A stretch of DNA of 63,541 nucleotides, counting the filler, from Choristocarpus tenellus KU-1152 (Eukaryota; Protista; Phaeophyceae): assembly GCA_964200185.2 (NCBI GenBank). It is 6 parts of 6 records of this genome, joined end to end, with 100 filler letters (N's around TTAATTAATTAA, not from the genome) between each part and the next. Parts side by side here need not be neighbours in the genome. Positions count along the whole stretch, not along the records: positions 12,363 to 25,655 come from CAXNAD020001534.1; positions 25,756 to 36,277 come from CAXNAD020002878.1; 4 more parts are not named here. One strand, 5' to 3'. A program made the position numbers and the translations under genes. The notes beneath the pieces were generated by a model. The model saw nothing but the letters and a program-made list of their open reading frames with translations. It ran no database searches and was not told the DNA's origin. This document shows positions 13,241 to 26,963 of this stretch, one piece after another (within the stretch, counting starts at the first letter, position 1; every line of letters starts with the position of its first letter).

Positions 13241-14067
13241 GCGTCCTTCCAGAGCGTGTGTGAGGCACTCCTGCAGCATGGTGACACCCACCGTGGCCTG
13301 TGCCGCCTCCCCTCCAAGTGGCTGGACCAGCTCCTGGACAGGCTGAGGGGGGCTAAGCAAGAGGTGATTCTTGGAGGCTCCATCGACCAGATTATTGTTC
13401 CGAGAGATGGCTACTGTAGTGCAGATAAGCATTTTTTTCAGGTGCCGAAATGCCTTTGAATGTGCAAGTACAAGTGGTGTCCCTTTTCACCCCCAGCCAA
13501 GATAGACTTGCTCATTCTTTTCCCTTCTTGCCCCCCACTGTCCTCTTGTCCCCATTCTGTGCTTCTCTCTTGGGGGCATGACTATGCTATTCACATATGC
13601 CGTCAGTTTGTACTGAGACGAAGCGCTGGGTTTGCACTGTCATTTCTGTCACTTCTCAAGGCAGAGCCCAGGCATGTGCATGAATCGACAGGAATGTGTT
13701 CAGTTTGGAGGCTGAGTTCTTGTAGCTAACCGTTTTGCCTCTGTTGTTGCGGGATGGCAGCAAGTAGTTATATTTAGTGGTTTGATGTTCAGGACTGATT
13801 TGTTTCTGATTCAGGACGAAGGAGCAGGTAGGTTGTGGGGGACAAAAGGAGGTGCTTCATGTGGGAAGGGAGATGGAGGACTACTTCTATTACCTGGGAT
13901 GGATAATGGCTTTAGAATAGGGAAAGAGGTTGAGGGTTGCTTATGACCAGCATCAGTTCACAACCATTTTTTTTACCATTAAAATGTATTAATCTCTCAC
14001 CAGAGATTTTGTGCTAAGCTCCCACATCCTTAGTCTTCACACTTTCAAGTTGTATACGTTTTCTTAC

Positions 14068-14105
<38 letters not shown>

Positions 14106-17100
14106 CTTAGTAACACTTCTCCCCTTGTCACCAACCCACCTCGTTGCCTGCCCCTACATCACCAGGAACGTTTCCCCGTCTCTGCTTCCCCACGGGATGC
14201 AGACTCTCTTGAATCTTGCCCAACCCCCATATTCGTACACACCCTACTGGATACCGACACCAGAAGGGGTTGCAACAGAGAAGGTTTCGCCGGCAACAGG
14301 AGCTGGTCCAGAGCAAGGGGGCGGGGGAGATAACTGGAGGGCCAGGGTGCACTCTCTCAATATCTTGAGGCTGATGTTCCTGGACGCAACCCTAGCAGAC
14401 GATGTCGCTCCATATGTCACAGAGGTGGAGGGGAGTTGCTGTGGTTCCTTCTGAAGTGACTGGGGGGAACCGGTGTTCGTGGCATGTTCTGAAAAATGAG
14501 CCCTCCACATGCTGTGTTTTAACCGGTTTGTTCATGCCTTGAAACGATTGCTGGGCATCTGTTACCCTTAGCCCCAGCCTCTAACGTTTGAAGCCTCTTC
14601 CTGGTAGTTAAACAAGCGCCCTACCTTTCTACCTCCCCTGCTCCGCCAAGGCAATGATGGCATCTGTATGGGGATTCAAAGACTCGAACTGGGCTGTTCG
14701 CAACTCATCCATGATGCTCTTCTCATCTGTGACTCAACGTGCTGTAGGCGGGGAAAAAAATGTGGGAATGTGCAAAGCAACCTTCACACCAGGTGAGACC
14801 TGTCAGTCAAGATCAAAGTAACCAAACTGAGTTCCCTGTGATTACGTCCAAAAAACAAAATCACGTACGGTGCGATTATGTCAAAAAAAAAAAAACTTTG
14901 GTTAGAGTATTTTATAGGAGCATGTGTGTATGTTCGTACACTGTGAGTAGTTTTGCATTTTTTATGGTTGTTGAATGGAATGGTAATGAGCAGGAAGTAT
15001 CGAGGGGGAAACGATTCTCTTTGTTGTGCGGAACTAACAATCGTGTTTATTTCGTGTTTTTCAGAAGAATATTTTTCTTGCCGTGAAAGAGGAGAAATGT
15101 ATATTTTGAATGAGAATTGCCCTGACTCAAATATGGTAAAACATGTCCCATGCAACTGAACCAAACAAGACGCGAAGACCATATTTTGTTTGTCCCAATA
15201 CTTAGTTGTAGTGGAATTTTCGAGAAAAACATGGGCAGTGCAAGGGAACGGTATTGCACCAATGCATGGCCTCCTCCACCCCCATGTACCAATAGCACTC
15301 TTGTCACCAAAACATTGTCCATCACCATTATTCCATGAGATCCAGGTCATGGTCCAGACATTGCGGGCAGGTCCACTCACAGGGCAGCGACTGTACAAGC
15401 ATTCTTTCAACTACACAGCAGGTTTGTCAAAGAAAATGTCATGGCATTGCTTTTATATTGCTAAATGTAGCTCTCTATCGAGGGTAACAGGAGGAACTCC
15501 TACTAGGTATCTGTTTCGGAGTACACATGGACGCCAACCTTTCTATCACTCAACTTAAATGTCCTTGGTGTGTACACATTCATCTAACTCTACAGGTTGT
15601 TAACTGTTCAGAGATTTCTTGCCGCTAGGAGTTTCTCGATGTGTTCTAAGGCATGGCACACTCTATATGTGGGTCTTCTTGATCTCTTTCACCTCACTAT
15701 TAACTGCTGCTGTGGCACAGGCTTCACCCCTTCCTATTGGGAGAGTTGGACATCGCTACCAAGCATAGTGGTACCTCTCACAACAGTGAAGATCAAGACA
15801 AGGAAGAACGTGAGCCGGTACAAAGCGAAGGGAGGGTGCCACAGATGCATCCCGTCCTATACCCGATCCTGCTGCTGTTGGCAAGGCTTAGGAGTGACGG
15901 AAATGAGTGGGATAGCGCCAGTACTAGCAATGAGGTGATTAGCTCAGATTGTGTTTTGTCTCTTGGGTGAAGGCTTGACAAGACTGCTGTCACTATGCAC
16001 TGCAAAAGCACTCGAAGAACTTCACTGACTGGATGAAATCATATGGATAGGGTGATTTCTTTGTATCTTAGGACGTCTGTGTGCACAATCTACCACTCTT
16101 TGGTGTTGCCGCCCTTGCAAGACAAGGTACCTCTGATCATGCACTGGGCACTATTCGTGTTCAACTTTCCAGCCTACTTGTCCCAGATTTACGTTACCAT
16201 GCTGCCACTCCAATGCTACTACTATCAACATTAGGTAACAGGATCAAGGGAGACCTCAGCTGCTGCCGACTTTGTGCCCATGATACTGCGGTGCAGAAGC
16301 AATCCCCATTACCTTGCTCGTGTGGCAAGTGCTCGGGCACTAGCTGCTTTGGTTCCACCAGACCGTGTCCCGGGAATTGTTGCAGATCTGGCAGGGGGCT
16401 TGCCAAATGACCCTTCGGCATTGCTACATGCAGGAGCACATAACCATGTTCATGGTGCGAACACACTGGATTGCTGGTGAACACTGACTTTTGACAGAGT
16501 CTTGCCTAATATTAGGTTATCCCACAAAAACCGCCTTGCTTCATTTCAGGGGGTGGGAAAGTGTGTGCTGGCAAGGGTGCCTGTTGGTAGTTGTGCTCAA
16601 ATCTTGTGTCATCTTTCCGTTGTACCCTTTGAAAATAGGTTTTCATATAGCAGCAATTACCTACAGAACAGATTATCTTCCACTGCTGCCATATTGTGAA
16701 CCTTTGGATTCGCTCCTGTTGAAACAAAAATAAAAAATCGATTTCACTGGATAGGCTTCAACATTTGCACTTGAGACCTAGAAATTAAAAAAAGGAACTG
16801 CCCGAAATTTTTGTCCACCTCTGCTGCCCCCCTTCCCTTGATTCCTAACTTCTCCGCCTATAATTCAACTTCTCGTGTCCTGAGTGACAGAACGCCTGGC
16901 CTTAAGCCTTCACATCCTTGCCTATCCTAACCTCCCAACTCCTTACCACCTCGCCCCTGCCATTGCAAGGCACACTATTGCAAATGCTAGAGCTCATCCG
17001 AGCTCTACACATCGGACAGGTTGCTGTGCCAAAAGGACACCCTTCAGGAGGAGAGGGTATAAACATGTCACTAGAGAGGCCATTGAGATCCTCTTCGATC

Positions 17101-19269
17101 ATCACCAAGCTCATTGCTGCGGGTGTGGAGGTTACCCTCCAACAGGTGTGGTTGGCTGACCCTGTTAAGTCTCTTAGCCCATCCATCCGTGCTTTGACAC
17201 TTAAAGTCCTCGAAGCCTTTGCACTTTGCAAGAAGCCTGGTAGCAACAACTATTATAGCCCAGGGGCACTGGGAATTGTTGAGGACCCTGGATTGGCCCT
17301 GGAAGCCGCCCTTCATTCGGCCCAAAATGCTAACACCGTTCATGCATTGCAAAGGCAGCCTTCTGTGCTCAAGAGTATTGTACCCGGCCAGTCATTGTTG
17401 ATATCCTCCTGTGTGCATGAAGTGGTGAGGAGGACTATTTGCCAACAGGTGATGAGCACCAACGGTAGAGGTCATGTGATGGCAGCAGAGAGGAAAGGAG
17501 GTATCGGAGTAGTTGACTTGCACCTTGAACTGGGGTCCTGCCTTGCACTCATTTCCTCAACAGACTGTGATGTCCGTGATGCTGCCATCAAGGGTGTGAA
17601 GCGGGCATTGCGAGGCTCAATAGGTGTAGACGAAATGGACAAGAGGGAAAGGTGCAGGAGTGGAAATATCACGCCAAGCGATGGTCCAGGTGGAAGGAGC
17701 AGGGAGTGTATAGATCAATTGCAGGAGATGTGGGAACAGGTGGCCAGAGCTGTCCCAAACGAGCCTCACCCGCCAAATGTGAGGCGACTCCTTCGCATCC
17801 TTTGCCGGATTGGAGCACATCTAAAGGTACAGAACGCATGGGGAGGTTCAACAACTACCGGTGTTGGTAAGGACACTGTTGACTTAAGCAAAGCTGGCAC
17901 CACCTCTACCTCACTTTGTTGGTCATCAAAGTTTTGGGCTTACCTTCGCACACAATGCCTGGATGGAAAGGGAAGAGGAGGGGACATTCATGCCAACGCC
18001 CTTGAGGTCATGGGATTCCTCCTTTCCTCTGATGCTGAGCATCACGAGACATTGGGTGATGGTGAGAATGATGGCATTGCGGAAGAGTGGTTGGACCTGG
18101 TGGAAGAAGGTGCTGACCCTGAGCAGCCAGTTGCTGTGAGGCTCGCCACTGCCGCCTCAATAGCTGCATCAGGCGTCCAGCAACCAAATGGAAGGGCTCA
18201 ACAAGAGGTGAAGGGAGGAACAAAGGGGGACATCCAAGCAGGTAGGTTCCTGGTCAGGGTATGGTTCGTCGTCATCATTCTCCTGCAGGATGATGATAGC
18301 ACGGTTCGTGAATACACAGCACACGAATGTATGGGAGATTTAGGAACAACCTTGTTTTTGGGGAATGGAGGCGAGAGGGTTGTGGGCCCAACTTGTCTTG
18401 ATGTCAGGGTAAGAGGAGGTCGTGTGACTCTCCATGCTGTGCAACTTGTGCTGTCATGGTTGACAGCTATGGCAGAGAATACCCCACAATCAGGCATTGC
18501 AGAAGCTCTCTTCCTTGCACTGCTCAGAATCCACGCTCCAAGGGTAAAGGAAGCAATGAATGTACTGATGTCCTTCCATGGGGGAAGTGCACAAGTACAA
18601 GGGGAGGCTGACCGAGGCAACATCTGCAAGGGGCAAGGAAACCTTCCACTTGGAGATGAAACTGTCAATGGCAACCCTGGGGACTGGGAAATCTTTGAGG
18701 AGGAACAGAGTAACCAGCATGAAGAACCTGCACTTTTTGCATTCATGACAGTGCCTCATCTTCATCGTGTTCTTCTTGTCCTCGTGGATAATGACAAAAG
18801 TATCTCCAATGTAATTCCTGCATTGGTTTTGTCATGTTGGGTTGACATGCTCTCTAACATATGTCGAGGTCTCCAGGCTCTCCCTGAGGCATTACATTGT
18901 CAGCCAAACTTGACACATCTCCCTGGGAACTATGAACTCCTCATGGGTGCTTTGCAAGTGGGGGCTGTGCTTGTATCATCAGCTGGAGTGTCACAGCGTA
19001 CAGGAAAGGGCTCAGTACTGGAGATGTGGGAGGAGTTACCTCAACTTACAAGAGAAGTGAGGGTGTATGCAGAAGCAAGCATGCAGGAAGTCATCAAAGG
19101 TGGATTAGCCGTTCACCCAGAGGTTAGCAATGCTCTAACAGCCCTTGCACTTGCGTCGCAGGGTCATTTTAACTGGGACCAGTACTCCTTGGGTGATGGG
19201 ACATGTCTGGCTTTGGCTGTGCCCTTGGGGTCCTGCAGCCCGTTTTTATCCGCACCAAGTGAAATATGA
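13241..19269 (+). CDS. THADA: THADA/Trm732-like ARM-repeat protein (DUF2428; tRNA 2'-O-methylation cofactor), 5'-truncated
   Basis: join(13241..13363,13607..13671,14166..14424,14651..14792,15346..15421,15721..15934,16235..16454,16970..19269), 3399 nt in frame. It contains the signature RRSAG plus VHSLNILR, WAVRNSSMMLF, FFQLHSRLHPFLL and HNHVHGTLLQ. The intron after 13671 has a GC donor. Confidence 0.9.
14069..14100. repeat. (GA)n microsatellite in a THADA intron
   Basis: Direct reading of the sequence. Confidence 0.9.
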
Positions 19270-19447
19270 GATGGTACTGGCACTACTGGACTTAGGAAGA
19301 AATTTGAACCATGGCAAAGTAATTTTGAACAGAGTAATAGTGAAGAAAATAAAGATACGAAATACTAGATGATCCAAATGCGTGGTGATGTTGAAGGTGG
19401 TGAATCCACTGGAATAATGCTTACTGTACATTTTGTGTTTAGTGTTA

Positions 19448-20568
19448 CTATGGATTTGGCCTAGAATGATCTCCAGCTGATGGGGTGAGGAAGCGGGAGA
19501 ACTTGAATTCAAATGTATCCCCCCGTGCATCAATATAGCTGGCATGTGCCACATCCTTCAGCACTTCACCATCCAGGCTGTGCTGACAGACCACCACAGG
19601 TGTACCAGGGGTCAGGTGTGATCGAAGGAAAGGCCATGCCTTTTTGGTCACACCCGCCTTAGTCAAATAGATGTACACTTGTGATACTTGACTCCAGTCT
19701 GTGGTTGCTTTCAGGGCGTCTTCATGCCTGGAGGAAGTACAGGAAGTAAGAAGAAACTTTGATTACTGTGGAAAGGTATTTTATGACATCCAAGGCACAA
19801 ACTCGCACTCATACGTGGATGAGAGGTAACATTTATCATGTAACAGTGCAAGAGGCACATAGCTCACAACATGATAGGTGAGAGATCAAAGGTCACTCAT
19901 CGTCGCGTCGCTCTGTCCAATCTACCTTGAACCATGTATTGTCACATATATGCTCGTTCTAAACGCAACCAAACCTAATAATAGGGACTAGTACCTTATG
20001 CTAACCCTCGACCGAACATGCTCGTCTTCTGCATCAAGTCTTTCTCTGGCATTGGATACTGCCTCGTCGTCAATGTCGTATCCAACAAAATTTGCCACTG
20101 TTGATCGGGCGGCCCCGATAATGACACGAGCATCGCCGCAACCTAAGGTCGAAACGTTCCAGGGGAAAAGCGGAGACAAAGCGAATGGCTTTGAGACTGC
20201 AGTAACATGGCAAATATGCCTGGCAAAGTCTCTCCATGCTTCACATGTTATGCTGATACTTCACATCTATGGGATAGAGGGAAATTTGTTGTGACTATAT
20301 TGCTGTTGAACAACTCGAGAGAACGTATTTTACTCACCAATATCGACGACCGTGTCTCCTGGATGAATATCAAGGAAGTTGACGAGTTCCGGAATGACTG
20401 TACAGGCGAGAAACGAAAGAGGGGCGTAAGCTATAGGTGTACACTGTCACATCATTCTACAAGATTATTGGTGAAGCCCAACATGCCTTCCTCTGGGGTT
20501 GACATATATGGAGCCATCAGGTGGTCCGTTCCAGCCTCTTTGCACAACTGAGAGAGGACCGCCTCCAT
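19448..20568 (-). CDS. Class I SAM-dependent methyltransferase (FAM173/ANTKMT-like), 189 aa
   Basis: complement(join(19448..19727,19995..20142,20338..20397,20487..20568)). Translation: PYMSTPEEVIPELVNFLDIHPGDTVVDIGCGDARVIIGAA...GYDID...HEDAL...VYIYL. Motif I is DIGCGD. The first intron has a GC donor. Confidence 0.85.
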
Positions 20569-21070
20569 TATGAGCACCAGTAGAAGTGGAGCTTTAGGGG
20601 AAGGGTTGAATAGTGAAGAAGTAATTTGGGTATTGTATTCTACCATTTGTTTTATTCCCCTCATTCGATAAATCAGGTTTTGGTTTAGTTCTCTATTTTA
20701 TCATATATTTGATCTGATCTCGTTGTTATGGAAAAACATACATAATTTGTTAGAAATAGGGATTTTTCTGACATGTGAGTAGTTTTCATTAGTTGTTCCC
20801 CTTACACATATGAAACATGTCAAATGTCATAATAATAAAATATATATTCCCTTTAACATTTTTTGGGATCTCCCAACATTGATGAGGATAGTACACACAA
20901 TCATACACATTTGCGCGCGTCACCTTTTCCCATTGACGTCATGCCAAGAGATGCGGTGTGGATCAGACGCACGGCTGGCGCGCGGTAACCTCGACACGAA
21001 CGGTGGATTCAAACCAGCAATCCCCAGATTGTGTTTTCTGTTCTGACTGGTCACAACCAATGACATTGAA

Positions 21071-21484
21071 GATTGATCCACATGGCATCATGAGGATGTC
21101 AACATACACCCAGCATGCCTCAGTCTCATATTTCACTTCCTTTCTGAACCTCATCTCTGGTAGTTCTCATCACCCTTCAGCATACAGAACCAGGCCCCTT
21201 AACAGTGGTACTCACACCAATCTGTTTTGAGGGGTCACCAGAGATGTAGGGCCACACCACAATGGCGGACAAGGAAGTGCAACCAACTCAAAAGGTTGTT
21301 GACCCTGGATAGAAAGCCGAGACGATTCAAGAAACAAAGCACCATCAGGATTGATCCACATACCATGCTGAGGATGTCAACATACACTCAGCATGCCTCA
21401 GTCTCATCTTTCGCTTCCTTTCTGAACTTCATCTCTAGTGGTTCTTATCACCTCCCATCACACAGAACCAGGCACCTTAACATA
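21071..21484. repeat. Pair of ~135-bp direct repeats
   Basis: GATTGATCCACAT...GAGGATGTCAACATACAC..CAGCATGCCTCAGTCTCAT...CAGAACCAGGC.CCTTAACA at 21071-21204 and 21349-21482. Confidence 0.85.
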
Positions 21485-21519
21485 GTTATTTTATTATTAT
21501 GCCCTCTGTCATTGTTATC

Positions 21520-22090
21520 ACATGGCATGGCAAGTTGGGTTAGTAAGGTGACCAACGACATATATATGGAAGTATAGTGTAGTACCGTTCCTTGGGGCAA
21601 AGGATTTAGACAAAGCCTCGTCCTGGATGTTACGTTTGTGTAAGTGTAGCCCCCCATCTGCCCACTCATCCACCAGCAGTGGAATAGTGTAGCTGCTACT
21701 GCGGTTGAGGCGCGAAAGCGCACCCCCAACGAGGATTCTTATCACCTTTGTAGTTTTATCCTCAGCACCTTTGCAGTGGAAAGTTTTAGGCACCTTGGTA
21801 AGTAAGCAAGCCAAGAGTTTTCTGGATGAGTTGGCTACATACACACGTGGTATGGGGAAAAGGGAGGGGAGGCTACAGCAGGAAAGGAGTCGACAAATCT
21901 CGTTTACGAAAGATAGTACCTGTCACTACACACAAGTGACTCTATCAAGACGTGTCATGCGTTTTTAGCTGGAGACACGAGGGAAATAAATGGGCAAGGA
22001 GGGGCCTGCCAGATTCTTGGGATGCTTCCCTGTTATCTCTTCGCCCTGTGGTGTAGGGACAAGCTAGGTTGGAGGTATAGCAGCAACGTA
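21520..22090 (+). mobile_element. Decayed 3' end of an RLE-type (CRE/R2-group) non-LTR retrotransposon
   Basis: Frameshifted SLVLDVTFV...AATAVEARKR...TFAVESF(R)HLG/KQAKSFLDELA...SRRVMRF, matching the restriction-like endonuclease tail. Its 3' tail (TTGGGAT..TTCC..TTATCTCTTCGCCC) is shared with 45467-45493. Confidence 0.7.
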
Positions 22091-22537
22091 CACATGACAT
22101 TGTAATTACGAGTTTTGATGGGAGTGGTGCAGTATATCTAGTTATCAAATAGTAAATAGATTTCGGAGAGATACCTTTCACCAAAAAATAATGTTACTTT
22201 TACAGGGGTCCTTACGAGATTGAATTGGCTTTTCCCGAACACATCTAAAAAAGTTGGAGGACAATAATATAACGTGTAACCATGTCCACACACGACGGGA
22301 AATTGGGGATTTGTCAGCGGGCTGCCCCAAAAATGAAAACTAAATCAGGGGTTGTGTAGGGGGGTGATTTATTGGTTATTTCCCACAATCACATCATTGA
22401 TTTAGTAGTTAGTTACTGTAAAAACCCAAATACATACATCATACACCTCTTTTTAAAATTCTCCAAATAAATATCAAAGTCACCACCCCTTACTCCATCT
22501 TGTTGTGCGAGGTCTCTGCTCAATTGAAGGGAGAAGT

Positions 22538-24496
22538 ATGAAGGTGGTTCCAGTACCGATACTTGACGACAATTATGCTTACCTCTTGATTGACGAAAGG
22601 GATTCAACCACCGCAGTGGTCGACCCTGCGGAGCCGGAAAAGGTGAGTCAATCGAGATAGAATGCAAGACCCAATTTGCCTATGCAGTGTATGCGGTTTA
22701 ACCGACAACATTTCTGTCCACCTTGGCATCGTATACGCAGGTACTGGCGGCCGCCACCAAAGAGGGTGTGCAAATTTCGAAGGTCTTAACGACCCACAAA
22801 CATTCAGATCATGCGGGCGGTAATACTACATTGAAGCATTTGGTGCCTCACCTTGAAGTCGTAGGTGGAAGCGAGGAGAGAGTGCAAGCTTGCACCACTG
22901 GTGTATCTGACGGGGAATGCTTTGCTGTGGGATCTATATCAGTCACCTGCTTGCATACACCTGGGTGAGGGGTTAGAGTGAGGCCCTCCAGTTTGGGTGT
23001 GCGTGGCTTGTGATTATGTTTCCCTTTGTCCATCCAGATGATTACCGCATCTTACCAAGCACGAGGGTCTCTGCCTCAACTTAGATCAATGAAGCTGTTG
23101 GGTACTTAGACTCATCATATAAGTACGTGTTCTAAACTTGTAGAGAGGAGATTTAGGATAGGCCTTTCTCATCACTAGCCCGTCCATAGGCACGTCAATT
23201 TTATGTTACAGATACCCCAAAGAAGAAGAGTCCTGCATGTTCGATCTCACCGCTCGTTGGCTTCGGCTTATTTTCGTTTTCCGGATCTGTTCTTGAAGAC
23301 ACACAATGGGTCACATCTGTTACTATGTAACGGATGGTGACGAAAGGGCAGTCTTCACGGGGGATATGCTATTTATTGGTGGGGCAGGAAGATTCTTTGA
23401 AGGGTCAGCAACAGATGTCTTTCCCTCCCTCTACGAGAAGCTTGGCAAGCTCCCACCTGACACCCTCGTGTACTGCGGTCATGAGGTGAGCAAGCATACT
23501 GGAGTGCGAAATATATCATCGCACCTATCACACAAGAATGCAGTCCACCTCAAAAAAGGGTTCAAGGTCTGCCTGATACAGGTTAATGGATTTTGCACAT
23601 GGGGCTGCGCCAAAGAGCATGTCTGTATCACCCGTGTAATGGGTTCTGGGTAGATTTATATGTATGCCATTTCTGACTCTTTGCTCAATCTTTGCCCACA
23701 ATTTAAGTGCCTATCTAAAAAACACCATCTCACGTACTTTCCTGTAACCCTTGGTTGCTTTATCAATGGCTTACCTCAGTACACTCTAGCAAACTACCGC
23801 TTTGCCTTGAGTATTGAGCCAGACAACAAGGAACTCAAAAGGGCAAACCAACTGGCCACTGGGCAGGCAAGTGACTGGGACCCATATCATGCCATGCATT
23901 CACCCATGTCCTGAGGGGGTTTTTGGCACTGTGTATGCCCCTGTAGCAGAATCCATTCAGTGATGATTGACAGATCGCTTATCCAGTCAGCATGTGCCTC
24001 ATTAGGATGAAATACAGTCTAAAGGGAGGAAAGAGAGAGCACTTACAGACATTAAGACTTTCATTTCCAAGTGATGTGCCTGGACAGGTGCATGCCACCA
24101 TCATCCGAGAAACAACTGGTTTGCAATCTCTGCGTACAAGAAGTGTTTCAACCTGCATCCCATGTATTGATCACAGCAAAAAAATTCAGGTCGTCTGTTA
24201 CAGGGTTCTGTGGAATGGGTGCTTTGTGTCACACAATGGTAGCATGTGAATGAACTTACCTCACTTGTGCACAGTCAGCTCCCCTAGGAGATACCTGACT
24301 TCCATCCTTCCCCTATCTTCAGGTTATGAAGGGCTTGCCGACTGTCCCGACCACGATATCAAAGGAATTTTCCACAAACCCTTTCATGCGCGTGGACCAG
24401 GCCTCAGTGCAGGCCCAGACAGGATTAGGACCTGGAGCGACAGCAGTACAACACTTGCAACGGATTCGAGACATGAAAAACAATTTCCGAGGCTGA
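22538..24496 (+). CDS. GLO2: Hydroxyacylglutathione hydrolase (glyoxalase II), 258 aa, complete
   Basis: join(22538..22642,22741..22964,23299..23485,23780..23866,24323..24496). Motifs DNYAYLL, THKHSDH (HxHxDH), TPGHTMGH, FTGDMLF, CGHEYT, TVPTTISKEFSTNPFMR. The last intron has a GC donor. Confidence 0.95.
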
Positions 24497-25609
24497 GCTG
24501 TATGTGACAGAGTACTGCTAATATACCCACAGCAATTGTGCGGGCACTCCATGGTGCATGCAGAACACACCTATTTATGGTGTATTTGTATGGATTTGCA
24601 CTATAGTTGCACGTTGGCGCTGTTCCAGAATGTGTTCATAATGGACCTCTCTCCTATGACATTGCCTCGTTTTTTTGTGGATCATGCACCTCCATGAGCC
24701 TGCGTGTCGAGGGTCTTGACATGGAATTCTCCACTCACTTGGTGGCCTGTCGAAGCATTAAACTAAATCTTGAGTTGAAATTAACTTATATTATCCTCAA
24801 TTCTGCGGCCCCCTGAAATCACGCATTGTGAAGTCTCTACCGTATTCTAGCAAAGGACTAATAGGATGTGACGATAACACCTGGTCGATAACCTAAGAGC
24901 AGGTGGATTGCTGGTGTGAGCATCTTACCCACTCCTGCCTTCAGATCCTTCCATGTTGCCATTGGAGGTATAGTGTACTTCACACCACACCTGCATGGCC
25001 TTTTTAGCATGGTTGTTTTGGAAGGGAGTTTATCGCAGATTGTGTGGGAGAAATATAATACCGTATGCCCAAAGTTTAGGATAATCTACAGATTGGAGTT
25101 TCTTTCGCTATTCAAAGCTTCATCCTACCAGAGACAATATCAGTTCATTTTTTTAAACCTCAGCGCGCCATGCTCTGTGCACTCCGAAGTATGTATAACG
25201 ATAGCATGGGACCAAAATCATGACTAAAACAGGTAAGAAGAGGGTACAGTCAGGCAAGACTTGAACATGGAACTCTAGGATAGTGTGAACAATTTGACAC
25301 CTAATCAAAAAAATGCTCAGACTGACAAAGGTTGGTACCTAACGACATTTAAGTTCTTCCGGTTGCTCCATATGTTCTGTATGTCCTGTAGAATTTTCCA
25401 AAAAGTGAATTAACTTGGAGAACGCAACTTGGCATTTATATAATGTTTTCTTTCTTGCAACTTCCGGTCTTTCCTTTTTTGTTGCTGAGTTTATAATATG
25501 TTGTTCCTGAACTTGAACAGTAAGAATAGAAATAGGCAACTCACAAAAATACCTTTCACTGTATTTATTCTCAGGAAGAACAAAGACAAGAAAAAATCTG
25601 GCTCAAAGT

Positions 25610-25655
25610 ATCTGGGAGGGGGTAGCGGCTGTCCAATTGGGGTCAATTTTTTCAT
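25610..25655 (+). mobile_element. Truncated MITE copy (same family as 36712-36899) at a contig end
   Basis: GGCTCAAAGTATCTGGGAGGGGGTAGCGGCTGTCCAATTGGGGTCAATTTTTTCAT matches 36712-36766. Confidence 0.8.
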
Positions 25656-25755
25656 NNNNNNNNNNNNNNNNNNNNNNNNNNNNNNNNNNNNNNNNNNNNT
25701 TAATTAATTAANNNNNNNNNNNNNNNNNNNNNNNNNNNNNNNNNNNNNNNNNNNN
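25656..25755. other. Artificial contig linker
   Basis: 44N-TTAATTAATTAA-44N. Confidence 0.98.
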
Positions 25756-26451
25756 AAAAAAAAAAGCATTTGGCACGGGTTGTTTCATGGAGCATCTGCT
25801 TGCAATTGTTTTTTTTTTTTCAGCACAAATGTTTCGACTGTGTTGGTTGGATCCGCGCAAAAACAGGTGTTTCTGTAACAACTTTGCAAGCTTGAAGTCC
25901 AACTCGAGAGGAGTTCAGGAAGTTTCTTTGAGGAGTTTCCTTTCCTCCAGCATTTCCCGTGCTGGAGACACAAGATATTTTCTCGATCTGTTTTTCCTCT
26001 CTTCTTCTTCCCCCTCTTTTTTTTTCTCTTTTTAAAATTGTTCTGGGTGTAATCGGAGCATATATATAAAAAAATACTAAAAATAATAATTTCAAAGGTA
26101 AAACAAAACAATTTCAAAACAAAATAAACTGAAAAAAAAAGCGTCTTACCTCCCCCCATCTCTTCGTCAACCCGTTTTAATCTCCTTTCTCATCACATAT
26201 CGATTATCAAATACTTTTCTTTTCTTTTTTTACGGTGCTCGATGAACTATGACTCATTTTCTGACCATTCTTGGGCGCAATAGCTATATTTTTTGCACTT
26301 TGAAGTGTTTTGTGTTGATGACAAAACGGTGGATATTGAAAGGCGTGAATACAAGCAACTGCGGTAGAGGGCACAGGTCCTCCTCAAGTAGAACCCCAGA
26401 TGCTATTATGCGCAATGTCTTGATTGTTATAATTCATCGTGAGTGTTCGAG

Positions 26452-26494
26452 TGGGGTGGGGGTGGGGGTGGGGGTGGGGGGTGGGGGGTGGGGG
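26452..26494. repeat. (GGGGGT)n hexamer microsatellite
   Basis: Direct reading of the sequence. Confidence 0.9.
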
Positions 26495-26781
26495 TATACC
26501 TCTTTTTTGTCAGAATGTTGTTGCAAGGTGTGTGTTTGCAGGAGCGAACGGTTTTATGTTGGGGATAACAATTTTTCAGTTACAACTTGCAGTGGGACAA
26601 GGGCGGTCCTTGCCCTGACATGAGGCAACATCCCTGTAGGGAATGTACTCAAAAAGGAAAACATAGACAGAGTGTGCGACTTGAAGGGCATGATCAGCAG
26701 GAACAATTTTACATGGTGGAAGCAAAACGCAAGGGCAACACATGCCCAAGCCCCAGAGTGGTCTGGGCTGACCACCCCGTG

Positions 26782-26808
26782 CTAACCCTAACCCTAACCC
26801 TAACCCTA
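26782..26808. repeat. Interstitial telomere-like (CCCTAA)4
   Basis: Direct reading of the sequence. Confidence 0.9.
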
Positions 26809-26963
26809 ATGCTCAGTACGTTGGGGCCTAGTGCTTTCTTGCTTGCCTACTGAAGAGAGTGGGATATGGCCGAATGAAAATATCCCGAATCAATCCAGGA
26901 TTGTTCGCAAGAGTACCAAACACTTCGGAGGCGTGTTGTACTTTCCCTATAAAAGGGGGGGCA

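Noticed and set aside
16918-19269. 783-aa ORF as a stand-alone novel gene
   Set aside because: It is the terminal exon of THADA (splice restores HNHVHG|TLLQ).
13241-20568. THADA plus the adjacent methyltransferase as a tRNA-methylation module
   Set aside because: THADA's partner is the FtsJ-type Trm7/FTSJ1. The neighbour has FAM173-like motifs (YxxTP, DIGCGDAR, VYIYL), and adjacency alone is not evidence in a eukaryote.
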